A stretch of 64,000 nucleotides of DNA, from assembly GCF_006345805.1 (NCBI RefSeq), contig NC_043003.1, forward strand, positions 31,124,001-31,188,000, given 5' to 3'. The position numbers and the translations under genes are program-made. Origin of the DNA: Octopus sinensis. Taxonomy: Eukaryota. Under the pieces are notes generated by a model. That model ran no database searches. It was given only the letters and a program-made list of their open reading frames with translations, and was not told where the DNA came from. Within the stretch, counting starts at the first letter, position 1. Each line of letters opens with the position of its first letter. This document shows positions 24,301 through 36,887 of this stretch, one piece after another.

Positions 24301-25449
24301 GACAATTATGATGAGGAATGTAATGATTTGAAGATCTTTTTCCCATAAGAGAGAGCGGAAAGTAATGTCTCTCTTTTAAAAAATGTCTGTGCATTGTTCA
24401 GATTTCCCCGTATCATGTTTATATTTCTTACTTCATATCTCAAGACCATATGGAGGAGCTACCTGAGGACTCTTCCACAGCAACCCTTCCAGGAATACTG
24501 GGCGGAGAAAATGGATAGACGAAACGAGTAGTGCTACAATTCAGTCACAGATCTTCACTGTTCGAGTATATCTAAAATCGGAGTTCCAGCCGTAACCATC
24601 TCCCGTATATTTACAGTTATGTGACATATCATTATCCAATGCATCTTTTGCAAGTAGGTAAAATACAGTGTGATTCCTGGAACATTTGGATGCTTTTCCT
24701 TACAAGTACATTGAACCATCAGACAGTGCTTCCCATCGCTTAACCTTTTTGATACCAACTCATCCGAGACCTTCCCTAATTCTATACCAATTTCTTGCTT
24801 TGAAGTTATCTAAATAAACACCTTTCATCAAAATTTGGTGTAAATAGATGTTCCAAACACCAGCTTAGTAATGATAAAGTTATTTAATTAAATTCTTCTT
24901 TACTTTCAGAATTAATTAAAACAAAGGCAGTGTACTTCAAGTGAAATATGACAAAAGGGTTTTTAATGCAATGCCTCTAAACCATTTCTGGATCAATGTA
25001 CCGTTTCATCAAAAGGGGTTTTACAAACGCCTTCACCGCCTGTTTTGCAAAAAAGAATAAAAAATGAATAAAAGTTTAACCACTCACATCTTTCACAGAA
25101 TCCACACCATATACATACACGAAGTTTCGCGCACCGTACACATACACAAACAGACACATTCATATATCCTCTCTCACACACAGAATCCATACCGTATCAC
25201 ACAAGTGCGCATTCACACACTCACCAGTTCATGCATACGCACACACGCACACACACTCACACTCTCCCTCTCTCTCGCATTTTCTCTCACCTCCAGGAGA
25301 CAGATAAACCTGGAGTAAAGAGGTCAAGTTACTGATGAGGTTGCGAATGGTGATGAAAAAAAGGACTTTGCTAAACCTAGCTGATTGACTGACCAAACGA
25401 ATAAACAAACAATCGATTAGCCAACTGGTTAAAGGGTTAACTAGTTGAC

Positions 25450-25450
<1 letters not shown>

Positions 25451-25503
<53 letters not shown>

Positions 25504-25520
25504 TAATAATGATAATAATG

Positions 25521-25582
<62 letters not shown>
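25451..25582. repeat. (AAT)n microsatellite
   Basis: Directly visible; further (AAT)n at 28133-28200, 28951-28970, 31291-31346, 31815-31940. Confidence 0.98.
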
Positions 25583-25583
<1 letters not shown>

Positions 25584-25655
25584 GCCCTGATGCAGCACCA
25601 GGCAGTGGCTCTCATGGCTTCTGATCTTAACTGACTGGAAATGTTATCATGTAGA

Positions 25656-28132
25656 TAATAATAATGGAAGTGATATGGCCTCGGACTGTCGTTATGTCAC
25701 AACAGATCACATACACGGTGTGCGCAAAAACAGACATAAGTGGACGAAGGAAGAGTACGATACGCTTATTGAATGTCATGAAAGAGCAAAGCTGGAAAGA
25801 AGTTGCAGTGTAAGCCGACATACCTTGAAATTCTGGATGGAAAAGGACATGTGTGCAACGTCAGAAAATAAACTAATGAACCAAGAGTGATATTAGGAGG
25901 AAGGGTTGCTTAACTGGAGTAGAACTATCTCGGATTAGTGAGAGTCTGAGAGATCCTGCAGATGAGTTACAAAGGATAGTCGGAGTTGAAAACAGAGAGG
26001 TAGGAGTTGAAAGCAGGGAGAAGAGTAGACAGGAGAAACGGGGAATAGTGATGGGGCTGTTAAGGATAAGGAATAGGAACTTTATACAGTGAACCCCGAT
26101 ACTGTGGTGGGTGGATATGCAGGGGAAATGAACGAACTAGGTTATGAATTGCTTGAAATTCAAAGACGACTCATCGACTTGATGAATTCTCCAGAAGAAA
26201 AAGATCCCCAAGAATATGAAAAGGGTAGATAGGAGTACGATAAATAAAGTAACACGGAGGACATAACACAAACAAGGAATATTCTTCGAGCTATTGCACT
26301 ACTTGTTGAGGAGAAATTACAACTTAAGAGAACAAAAAATGGTGGAGCAAAAAAACCATGGTGGAAACGACGCATTGAAAGGGACATAATGCGGGCAAGG
26401 GAAGATCTAGGAAAAACTGAGCAATGGTTAAGAGGAAACTGGAAAAATGAGAAAAAGACCGACTGAGAAAAATTAGAGAAGAAATATAAAATACGGAAGA
26501 ACGGGTTTGATGCAGTAAAAGAGTAGCTAAAACAGAGGATCATGAGAAAAGCCAGAAAATCAGAAGATTTGTGAACAGAAATAAGTAGTTCGATGAGAAC
26601 AGATTGTTCAAAATAAACCCGAAACGATTCTTCCGAATGTTAGAAGGAGACAATGGCAAAATGTTGCTCCTGATGCAAATCAAGCCAAGGAGTTCTGAAG
26701 CGGATTATGGGGAAAATTTGTGGTGCATAAAAGGGATGCAATATGGATAGGAACTAGGAGGAAAGGAACAAAGGAATATTGTCAAAAGCATGGGTGATAT
26801 GAAAGAACAAGTGGGTAAAGTGCCTAACTGGAAAGCTCCCGGACCAGGTGGGATTCATGGTTTCTGGATGAAGAGAAGCCACGCGGTGCATGAAAGACTA
26901 GCAGCCCAATTGAATGAGTGTCTCCAGAAAGGTACAGTCCCCACGTGGATGGTGACTGGGAGGACAACACTTGTAATAAAAGATAGAAGAAAGGGGAATA
27001 TTGTGGGAAACTACTGTCCCATAGCATGCCTAAACATAATCTGGAAGATACTCACTGGAATATGTGCGTCAAAGACATATATTTTCCTGGCACAGGAAGA
27101 AATTCTACTAAGGGAATAAAAAAGATGTAGGAAGAGTTCTCAGGGTACCAAGGATCACCTGGACATCGATAAAACAGTTTTGAGGTATTGTAAAAAACAT
27201 CATACAAGTATGTCTATGGCTTGGATTGACTTTAAGAAGGCATATGATATGATGCCTCATTCTTGGATCGTTGAATGCCTGCAGATGTTTGGTATTGCTG
27301 ACAACATCACAACTTTTCTGATGCATAGCACGAAAGAGTGGAGAACTAAATTGTACTCAAGTAATGTATTCTTTGGAATAGTTAATATTAAAAGGGGAAT
27401 CTTCCAAGGTGACTCGTTTTCTCCGTTACTTTTTGTAATTGCACTTAACTTAGGAAAGTTAAGATGGGTTACCGATGTGGGAAGAAAGGCCCATCATTGA
27501 ACCATCTGCTGTTTATAGATGACCTGAAATTGTTGGGAAAATCGGAAAAATACAAAAAGAACGCAAACGCCGCCACGATAAAGTGTGTGCGTATCTTCAT
27601 TGGCTCTTATGCAGTAAATACCAATATGAAGTAACAGAGAAGTGGTATGAGAATGTACTAAGTAAAGTTAAACAGGAGGATGGAAAAGTAACGATACTCT
27701 GGGACTATGATTTTCAGACGGATCGTGTAATCGAACACTGTCAACTGGATATTGTCATATTGAATAAGAGAGATAAAAGCTGTCAGATCATTGATGTAGC
27801 CATACCAAATGACATGACTGTTGTGAATAAAAAGGTTGAAAAAAATCATCAAGTACTCCGAACTGAAAGTGGAAATGGCAAGACTATATGGAATGCGAGA
27901 TGGTAACGTAAAGGTGATACCAGTGGTGATCGGAGCGTTGGGTCAATCCCATTGAAACTTCAAAACTTCTTAAGGCAACTGGAAATCCCATGCAAATTTG
28001 ATGTCTTGTAAAAGCAGTCTTATTGGGCACAGCGACATCTTAAGAAAGTATTATTTGTCTGAAGTGTTTGTGGTGACTTGACAAATGACTAAGAACTCGG
28101 TGCATTTTACCTACACTATGTTACAAAGCAAC
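25656..28132 (+). mobile_element. R4/Dong-like RLE non-LTR retrotransposon (decayed, internally deleted)
   Basis: N-terminal RHKWTKEE; RT motifs NWKAPGPGGIHGFW, NYCPIACLNIIWK, WIDFKKAYD, RGIFQGDSFSPLLF, LLFIDDLKL; jump to RRHDKV; RLE ILWDYDFQTDR..DIV..IIDVAIP; ends in (TAA)n. Confidence 0.92.
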
Positions 28133-28197
28133 TAATAATAATAATAATAATATAATAATAATAATAAAATAATATAATATAATTAATAATAATTATA

Positions 28198-28950
28198 ATA
28201 ATGATGAAAAATGGAGCTGACCCAAAATGCCGATTCTGTACCGATGAGATTGAAACAATAGACCACCTAATCTCAGGGTGTAGAGTCTTAGCACCTGCAG
28301 AATATAAAGCAAGACATGACAGAGTCGGCCAGTATTTACACTGGACAATATGTCGGCATTATAAAATCAAAAACGCAGACAAATGGTATAAACATCACCT
28401 GAAGCTGTGATGAGGGAAAAAATGTGTCGATTCTATGGACTTCCCCGTGCAGACCGACAGGACTATAAAGCTAATAAACCGGATATCATATAAAAGATCA
28501 GACAAAAAGGATATGTTTATTAATTGACATGAGTATTCCCTGTGATCACAAAATAGCGGCGAAAGAATTTGACAAGATTAGTAAATATAAAGACCTGCTA
28601 ATGGAAATTGGAAAAATGTGGCATCTCAAGGTGACTACAGTACCAGTGATTGTAGGATCTCTAGGAATGATAAAAAAAGGTACTGAAACCTATTTGAAAA
28701 GGATTCCATCCCTACAGGAAGTGCAAAAAATCGTATTAACTGGAACGGCTCATGTACTGAGACGAGCACTATCGCTGTCAAAATAACATCCATCCATGAA
28801 TTTATTTATTTATTAATTTTTAAATACATATTTTATCTGTGAATTTGCGCGTGTAATCTGGGAATACATACAATGCCCTTCTCTTCCCTAGGTGTATGGA
28901 AAACACTCGGCGAGAAACGGAAGAAAATATGAAGAAAGAAGGAAAAAACA
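28198..28950 (+). mobile_element. Second, distinct R4/Dong-like element, 5'-truncated
   Basis: CCHC motif CRFC..ETIDHLISGC, YKARHDRV, NKPDI..LLIDMSIPCD..KISKYKDL, VPVIVGSLG; bounded by (TAA)n on both sides. Confidence 0.92.
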
Positions 28951-29036
28951 TAATAATAGTAATAATAATCCTTTCTACTATAGGCACAAGGCCTGGAATT
29001 TGTGGGAAGGGGATAAGTCGATTATATCAACCACAG

Positions 29037-31288
29037 TGCTGCAAATTGGGCGCATTGGAGGAAATCTTTCGAACTTTTTGTGTATTTTAGGGATACCATA
29101 AAATACAGGTGCTCTTCTTTCTGACCTTAAAATCCAGGATTCGGCCTTATTAATGAAATTGTTTTCCTCCATTTCCAGAATTATTTGTCAAGTTCCTCTC
29201 TGTAATAGGGGTTTGGATCAACAGGTAATTTTTCATATGAAGTTTTGTCTCTTAAAATTTCTGCACAAACCGACATATACTCACTTTTGTCCATATCCGC
29301 CATTTTAATAACAATAGAATCGTTATTAGCTAGACGTCGGAGTGTGTAACGTTGGGAATTTATGAGGTTATTCCAGGACTTCTTTTCACTTATTTTAAGG
29401 CTTTCTCTAATGCCTGTCTGACAAGTGATTCCAGTGGCGCTTGTGAACTTCCATCCCGAACTTTATCTAGATACCAATTGGAATTCTTTTCAATTCAGTT
29501 ATGTCATTCCATCTTCATCATTTTTATTTTCAGTTTTTTTTTCAAACAAATATTCCTACAGCTTTTGACGGCGGAAAAACTGAAATAGCCCTTGAGCTAG
29601 TTTACTCTTGTCGAAATCCTTTGTACTTGGGCAGAAACCCAGTCCAAACTCCAAGACTGAAACATCGTCGGGTGAGTTTTAGTTTAGATAAATTTATGAC
29701 TGACTTATTCTCTAGTGTGATGGATTTTCTTGGGCAAGTGGTTTTCAGAGTCTTACTCTCATTAGATTTCTGTATACTTTTTGGGCTTGCTTGAAATCTT
29801 CACTTAAAACATGGAACTATTGGGTGATAAAATTTGTTCTGATTGTTCACGTGAGAAGTTATAATTTTTAGTCGTCTTTTTAGGAGTAATTCATTTGTGA
29901 GTGGGTGATAGAAAGTTAGCGACTTCTGTAGTTTTTGTAGACATTTGAGGAAACCTTACTTTCGGGAAAGGAACAAATTTATTGTTTTCGAGGCAATATC
30001 TTAAATGTACTCGCATTTTTTACTGATCAAATAAAAACTTCTCTGGAGCGTTTCCAACGACCAGTTCAAATTCATACGCCAGGGCAAAAAATCCACAATC
30101 ATATGCACCAACTTGGAGATTAGTAATATGAACTTGTTGAACTGTAGGAATTCTTTTTTGTTTGTGGTGAGTACAACATTGTTATTTGTGTTATTAGTTC
30201 CTGTGGTACTGGTAAGTTCAAACTGTCATAAATATAAACATCTCCGAAAAAACTGGTCTACAAAACAAAATGATTATCCCTGGTGTGATAAATGAACAGC
30301 GTGCGGTGTGGATTGTATGTTACAAATTCCGTGTGAGAAAAAATGGTTGGTTGTATTTGAATTTCAGGAAAATTTTCTGCTACGATTTTTAACCCGGCGT
30401 CAATACGTTTGTCACATAACATTTGTCCTGAAAGTAAAAACGACTTTTCCTCATATTTTCAAGCAAATGTTCTCAACCAGAATGTTCCCTTGCTCACTGA
30501 CTCAGAGGAATGGGAAATCAGCTTTTTCGGCTTCTTTTCCTTTTTTGTCTTCAGGGATGAAATTTCCATTTTTTTCAAAGTCCATCAAAAAATTACACGA
30601 ATATTTAAATGATTTAAGGAAGAACATACCTGTTCAAGGACACTCAAATTCTCCTTCATGTCTGCATCAAGCAATACTAATTTTGAACGATAGTGTACAA
30701 TAATAGCTTCCATTATGTTAAATGAATTTCTCTCACGCACACACTACTATATTTGATGTAAGACCGTCCGGTATAACGTTTTCTAGTTTGCATGTTTCCA
30801 GAAATGATAAATGGCTTTTGAATTTAGCACGCAAACGATCAGGTTTTTTAACTGATAGAAATGTCGATTGCTCATTTTCTGATTCGTATTTCAATGGTAC
30901 AAAATCCAGGGTTGGGCTCAACACTGGGGTCTAGCGAAACTAACAGGGCTGACAAGGTAACTAACTGTAAGAAGGAATAAAACGCAAAAGCTGTCATTTA
31001 CATTACGATTTTCCTTAGACACCCGGCTGTTTTGGTAACTTCCAGAATTTCTAAATGCTTTAATTCTTATTCGGTGTAACATAAAAATCAATCATTTTCC
31101 CGCTGGTTGCTCTCGTTCATACTTTAGATCTGAATTTCTATAATTTTGAGCTTTTATCACTTTTTATTTTGAACTCGACAAAGCCAGGCTTCCTGTCGAA
31201 ATATCGTTCAACCAATAAAATATCTATTGCAATCGATCGCGCTCTTCCACTTGTCTGCTTACTTTTGTGAAGAGTTACGTCAATCCTT

Positions 31289-31290
<2 letters not shown>
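29037..31290 (-). mobile_element. Penelope-like element, 5' half, with embedded Ulp1-like protease domain
   Basis: N-terminal SHLSFLETC..VIPDGL, HY..KKL; Ulp1-like block; then VINLSKLKLT..LGFCP, FFRRQKL, PVFYGIPKIHK..PPMRPIC; truncated at start of RT. Confidence 0.88.
29950..30440 (-). pseudogene. Ulp1/peptidase C48-like (SUMO-protease fold) domain within the PLE ORF
   Basis: LLSGQMLCDKRI..NHFVL (His at 30270-30272)..VYIYDSL..LQVGAYDCGFFALAY (Cys at 30095-30097)..FDQ*KMRVHLRYCLE..PFP; two stops, one frameshift. Confidence 0.85.
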
Positions 31291-31346
<56 letters not shown>

Positions 31347-31348
<2 letters not shown>

Positions 31349-31814
31349 TAAAAGATGGGCTACAGCAAATATTCTGCTCAATACCACAGATTTGCTTGTC
31401 AGTTGTTTGACCATAACCAGTTGAGCATGTCTCTTAGTGGCTGACGATATGTGCATCTCTGATCACGAGCAGAAGTAGTGGAGGAGCATCATAGCCATGT
31501 GCTGAGAGGGATTCTTTGGGGTTTGAATAATTCACCTCTGGAAACATAGGTGTTTCGTTCAACATCCTTAAACAACCCTAATTCAGGGACCTTTTGAGCG
31601 GGATGGGTTACTCGACCAGAAGAAAATTCTAACTGGACCCCACCTGCAAGGTCATGCGCTGTTTCTATTGATATGAGATCACCATGTCGCGCACATATGG
31701 TTGTGATGCATGTGCCTAGTGTACCCTTATCAAACAGGTAGTCATGATGGGTAAACTGGGCTTCGTATATTTTACCCCAGTGTCACTTTGATAGCATGCA
31801 CTGCTCTCTCACTC
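31347..31814 (+). mobile_element. ~470-bp non-coding interspersed repeat bounded by (TAA)n
   Basis: Higher-GC island between two (AAT)n arrays, no ORF; recalled as a common octopus repeat (unverified). Confidence 0.6.
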
Positions 31815-31861
<47 letters not shown>

Positions 31862-31877
31862 TAATAATAATATTAAT

Positions 31878-31923
<46 letters not shown>

Positions 31924-31940
31924 GTAATAATAATAATAAT

Positions 31941-33349
31941 TTTTTACGGGTGTTTCTTTTTGTTTTCGTGTTTTTTTTGTGGTTGTGAATGTGTTTGCAA
32001 AAATGGGTTATCTTGTGATGAAGATGTTGATGTTGATGTTAGTATTGATTTGTTTTTAAATTCGTGTTGTAACGGATTTTGTTTTTTACCGCCATGTCTT
32101 AGGGCCTTCAATTTCGGCCGTCTCTGTTTGGTTCATATTCAGTCTTTCTCTTATCTCCGACAAAGGCTTTTTGGTGCGCAGTAAATGAGGACTTTGCTTT
32201 TGCGAGGGCCGAGTCGGAAGAAGGAGGCAGGTGCGAGGTAATAGTTTTTTCCCCACTTTGAGAAGTTGGTAGTAACGGCGGAGAGCTCCGTGTTTTCTCC
32301 ACCGTGGGGCAAAAGGCTTTGAGGTAGGTCGAATTCCCCCACAAAAAACACTTCTGTTATTTTTTACTTCTACAGAAACTGGCATCTGTTCTCATTCCCC
32401 GAACAAAAAAATCGGGAATGCGGCTTATTTTTTCTGGCAAAACTATCTGGAATTCCGTTCCTGTTGGATTGTGGGGTGAACTTCACATCCACAATCTCCC
32501 CATGTTCCTCTAGAATAGCTAAAACCCTCGCCGGATCACGGTGACCCGGCACATTCTTGACTCGAATTCGAGTCAACATTTTACCAATGTAATGGAGAAT
32601 CATTACAAAAGCCAGGGACGTGCAAGTTATAGTAGCCATTCTTCTGGCTTCTTACTCACTGCTGCATATAGCAGCAACCATCCCATGTTGTTTACTTTTC
32701 TGTATGTGTAGGATTGAAGGCCACACATCTTCGAGGTATTTTTTAGTCTCTGCAGAAATAGGAAATTTAAGTTTCCTCTCCTTGCGAGAAACACATTTAT
32801 AAACAATTGTTCGTCTTTCGGAGTTCTTTTCTCCTCCTCACTAAAGCACATAACACCTGGTTTTATAATGTCTTTCTTGTATTTCAGTGTCTTATTTTTT
32901 AAAGTCACCCACTGAAATAATAGTCCAATTGCTAACGGCTATAGAAAAGGAAGTAGCTTTGGTGAGGTCCATTGTGTTGCCATGATGTTGTTGTTGTTGG
33001 TGGTGCCGTCGTCGTTGTCGTTTTTCTTGCTTTCCACATAATTATCACTGCTATTTTCAATCTTGTTGTTCATGTTACATTTTTTGTTTTCGAACATCTT
33101 ATTGCTGATGTTGTTGTTGATACAGTTGCTGTTATTGTAGTTGTTTCTGCTGCTTGTGGTGGTGGCAGTGCTGCTGCTGCTGTTCACATTGTTGCTGCTG
33201 TTGCTGCTGCTGTAGTCGTTGTCGTCGTCATCATCGTTGCTGCTGGAGCTTTTGCACTTGTTACTGACGTCATAGGAACAAGCGGAAATTATATTTCTCT
33301 TTGGCGAGAAACTTATTTCACCTTCAGTTTCGTTTCTGTTGTATGACAC
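31941..33349 (-). mobile_element. LINE ORF1 (gag-like) pseudogene, no ORF2; possible half-LINE
   Basis: Asn/Ser-rich N-terminus, RRM-like TRIRVKNVPGHRDPARVLAILEEHGEIV, degenerate knuckle C-FL-[W]-GNST-[Y]-LKAF-C; followed directly by (ATT)n. Confidence 0.7.
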
Positions 33350-35022
33350 CTAGGTTAACTCTGATCAAGTGGACCTATGATCAAAGGCATTCCAACCGTG
33401 GCCATCCATCGCTTTGTATACATTGTTCTATTTAACTATTTTTATGTAAAATGTAGGTTGTGATTTTAAAGAGATTTGACTGCTTTTTCTGACTAAAGAC
33501 TGCACAGTATTTTGTTCGACACTCTAATGATTTTGCTAATTGTATTTGATATAGGCCCACCACAAGGTCCAGTCTTGTTTCGGTGTAGTAACTTATGTTC
33601 CTTAATGACCCTGAGAGTTATGCCAGCGGAGTGCAATCTGCTTCTAGGGCATCACGTGCTGAACAGATCAAAGGATAGAGGCCAGACTAGTATGACTGAC
33701 CTCTTTCCAGGTGTAAAAATGGATTTATGTAGGGCTAATATCCCTACCTAGAGAAAGGTGATGTTATAGAGGCATCAATGATAATTAAAAACCAGTCAGC
33801 CTTCCCCTAGGGAAGCATGACGCGGTGCAGGCAGAGTTTAAAAAAAAACAGATTCAACAGGAGACAAACAGATAGTGCAGAGTCAAGAACAGCGGAGGAA
33901 AAAGTCGTCGATGTCCTACGCTCCTTTGGAAGTGAAGGTCTTAGAATTTTATATAGGCTACACATCTTGAGGAAAAAGGTATAAGTGAACCCTGTACTGA
34001 AGTATATGAGTAGATTGACCTATTACTAAACTGAACTCCAGAGGGATAAAATGCAAAGTCGACCTTGACAGTATTCGAACTCGGGCATAAATGCACGTAA
34101 TTTAAATAATGCAAGGCATTTTCCTCTCTGTTATTCTAAAATTCAACACTAACGACCATATCTTCTACTAATGTAAATGATTTCTTTCAAATTCCGATGA
34201 GGTGGACTTTGTCTTTTATCCTTTCAGGGTCGATAAAATAGGTACCGTATGGGCACTGGGGTCGATGTAATAGACTTTCACCTGCCCCACTGAAATTGTT
34301 GCCCTTGTGCTTATATTTCAAACCACTATTAATGATGTTTTTTTAAATTCATGCGAGGTCGACTTTGCTTTTCAACCTTCTGAGATCGATAAAATAAGTA
34401 TCAGTTGAGGACTGATAGAATCGACTACCCCACCCACCATGCTTGCTTGCCTTGTGGCAAAATTTCAAACCAGTATTAATGATTTTTGATTTTGATACAA
34501 AAAGGGGTGTGGTCGATTTAATCGATCGATCCCATAAAGAAGAAAGGCAAAGGATGATTGGAATCTTGAAGGGACTAAATTTGTTTAGGGCGAATTACTG
34601 ATCTCTATTACAAATAATAGTTTCTACTTCAGACAAAATATAAAAAGTCGTACATATCTGGAGGATCTCAAATATTTCATCTTATATCCCTGGGCACATA
34701 ACTGGTATTTATTGTAACGCCCCCGAGGGAATGTAAAGCAAAGATGGCCTCTGTGATTAGAACGTGAAATGATTTAACTAAATGACGTAAATATTTGGCA
34801 AACCAAGTCTGCCAAGAATGAGTTATTTTATCCTATTTCAAGCTAGTTATATATAGACACATATGCACACGAAACATAATGGTGCGTACATTCATACATC
34901 CAAACATATGATTATACATTCATACCTACGTGTACAACATACTAGCACATTAGTTTACACTCAGATATACATGTTTGAATTTACACACACATATGTATAT
35001 ATAAATTCATCCAAACACACAA

Positions 35023-35054
<32 letters not shown>

Positions 35055-35984
35055 TATATATATATTATATATATATATTATATATATATATATATATGTA
35101 TATAAGTTTATATACATTCACTCAAAATAGGTAAATATATATATTTACGTTCATAAATGATGTATACACGAACAAAAACTACATACACAGACCTACATAT
35201 GTTTGTATATTTGTGTATTTGTCACACATCTATAGACAATGATCTACACGCTTCCTTGCAATTCTGTATTGAACGCTTCAGTGTTTTTTCCCATTAAAAA
35301 CCGTATAAGAAACAGTTACACTTATATACACATACACTTATACTATATATATATATATATATATACATCCCATGAACATATCTTGTACACACATTCAAAC
35401 ACACATACTGAATGCTTGCATATATCTAACTATATATGTAAGTACGTATGTAAGTACTTAAGTATGTCTATATTTGTATGTATATATGTACGTAAACATG
35501 TATGTATATGTATGCGTATATATATATGTGTATGTGTGTGTTTGTGTGTGTGTGTGTGTGTGTTTGTATGTGTGTGTGCAGCGATGTCTATAGGTGTGTT
35601 GGTATTGATATAAATGCTAAGAAAATAATAATAAAAAAAAGCTAAAATAGCTTTAGTAATGATTTATTGCAGAATAAATTATGTCTTCCTTTGTTTCTTT
35701 CTTTCATTATCTCTGAATCTTTTAAATTTTTTCTTATTTTTTTCTTTTCCTTTTTCCTTCCTTCCTTCCTTCCTTGTTTCCTGTCTTTTATTCATTGTGC
35801 TTCTTTCTTTCATTTTTATTTCTGCATTTTCGTTTTAGTTTCTGGTTTTCCTTCTTTGCGTCACTTTCCTCTATTCTACCTTTTATTTCTTTCCTTATTC
35901 ATTTCTTCTACCTTTCATTCATTATAACTAACTTTCGTTCAATTTGTCTTTCTATGTCCCCCTGTCCCTTTCTCCTCCCCTACG

Positions 35985-36055
35985 TCTTCTTCTTCTTCTT
36001 CTTCTTCTTCTTCTTCTTCTTCTTCTTCTCCTCCTCCTCCTCCTCCTCCTCCTCC
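35985..36055. repeat. (CTT)n(CCT)n microsatellite
   Basis: Directly visible. Confidence 0.97.
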
Positions 36056-36259
36056 CACCGTGTTTTCCTCCTCTATACCGTTCCTTCTATAGATTCTGTC
36101 TGTCTACTTTACTTTACAGCAGCAGCCGACAGTGCACAAATGACAGGTAGTGCCGTGTTGAGGGAATACAAATAGACAAAATACATGCAGACTTGAATGA
36201 TGTGTATTTCTGAGTAGTCTGCAACCTCACACACGCACACACGCACACTTACACGCACA

Positions 36260-36369
<110 letters not shown>

Positions 36370-36449
36370 GAGCGAAAATATAGACATATATACACACATA
36401 CACACTCATAGTATGATATATATATATATGATTGTGTGTATATCATACT

Positions 36450-36712
36450 ATGGTGAGTGGCTTAGTGGTTAGGGCATCAATCTTACGATTGTAAGGTCGT
36501 GATCTCGATTTCCGACCGCGCGTTGTGTCCTTCAGCAAGGCACTTTATTTCACATTACTCCAGTCTACTCAGCTGGCAAAAATGAGTTGTACCTGTATTT
36601 CAAAGGGGCCAGCCCCACCATTCTCTTTGTCACACTGAGTCTTCCTGTAGACCATGCTAACTTCATGAGCAGGCTGTTCCGTTGGGCGGTTCAACTGGAA
36701 CCGACGGAGTGG
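36450..36712 (+). mobile_element. Degenerate SINE related to families C/D
   Basis: ggcttagtggttagggc head, cttcagcaaggcactttatttcac core, tgtacctgtatttcaaagggg block. Confidence 0.7.
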
Positions 36713-36840
36713 TAGTAGTAGTAGTAATAGAATATATATATAATAATATTATATATAATATATATATATATGTTCTATAAAATGTTATTCAGTGAGATTG
36801 AATTAATCACCTCGTGTTTACTCAGTGAACTTTCTAAAAA

Positions 36841-36887
<47 letters not shown>

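Noticed and set aside
25335-25370. CTGATGA followed by GAAA
   Set aside because: Intervening sequence cannot form stem II and no NUH/stem III follows.
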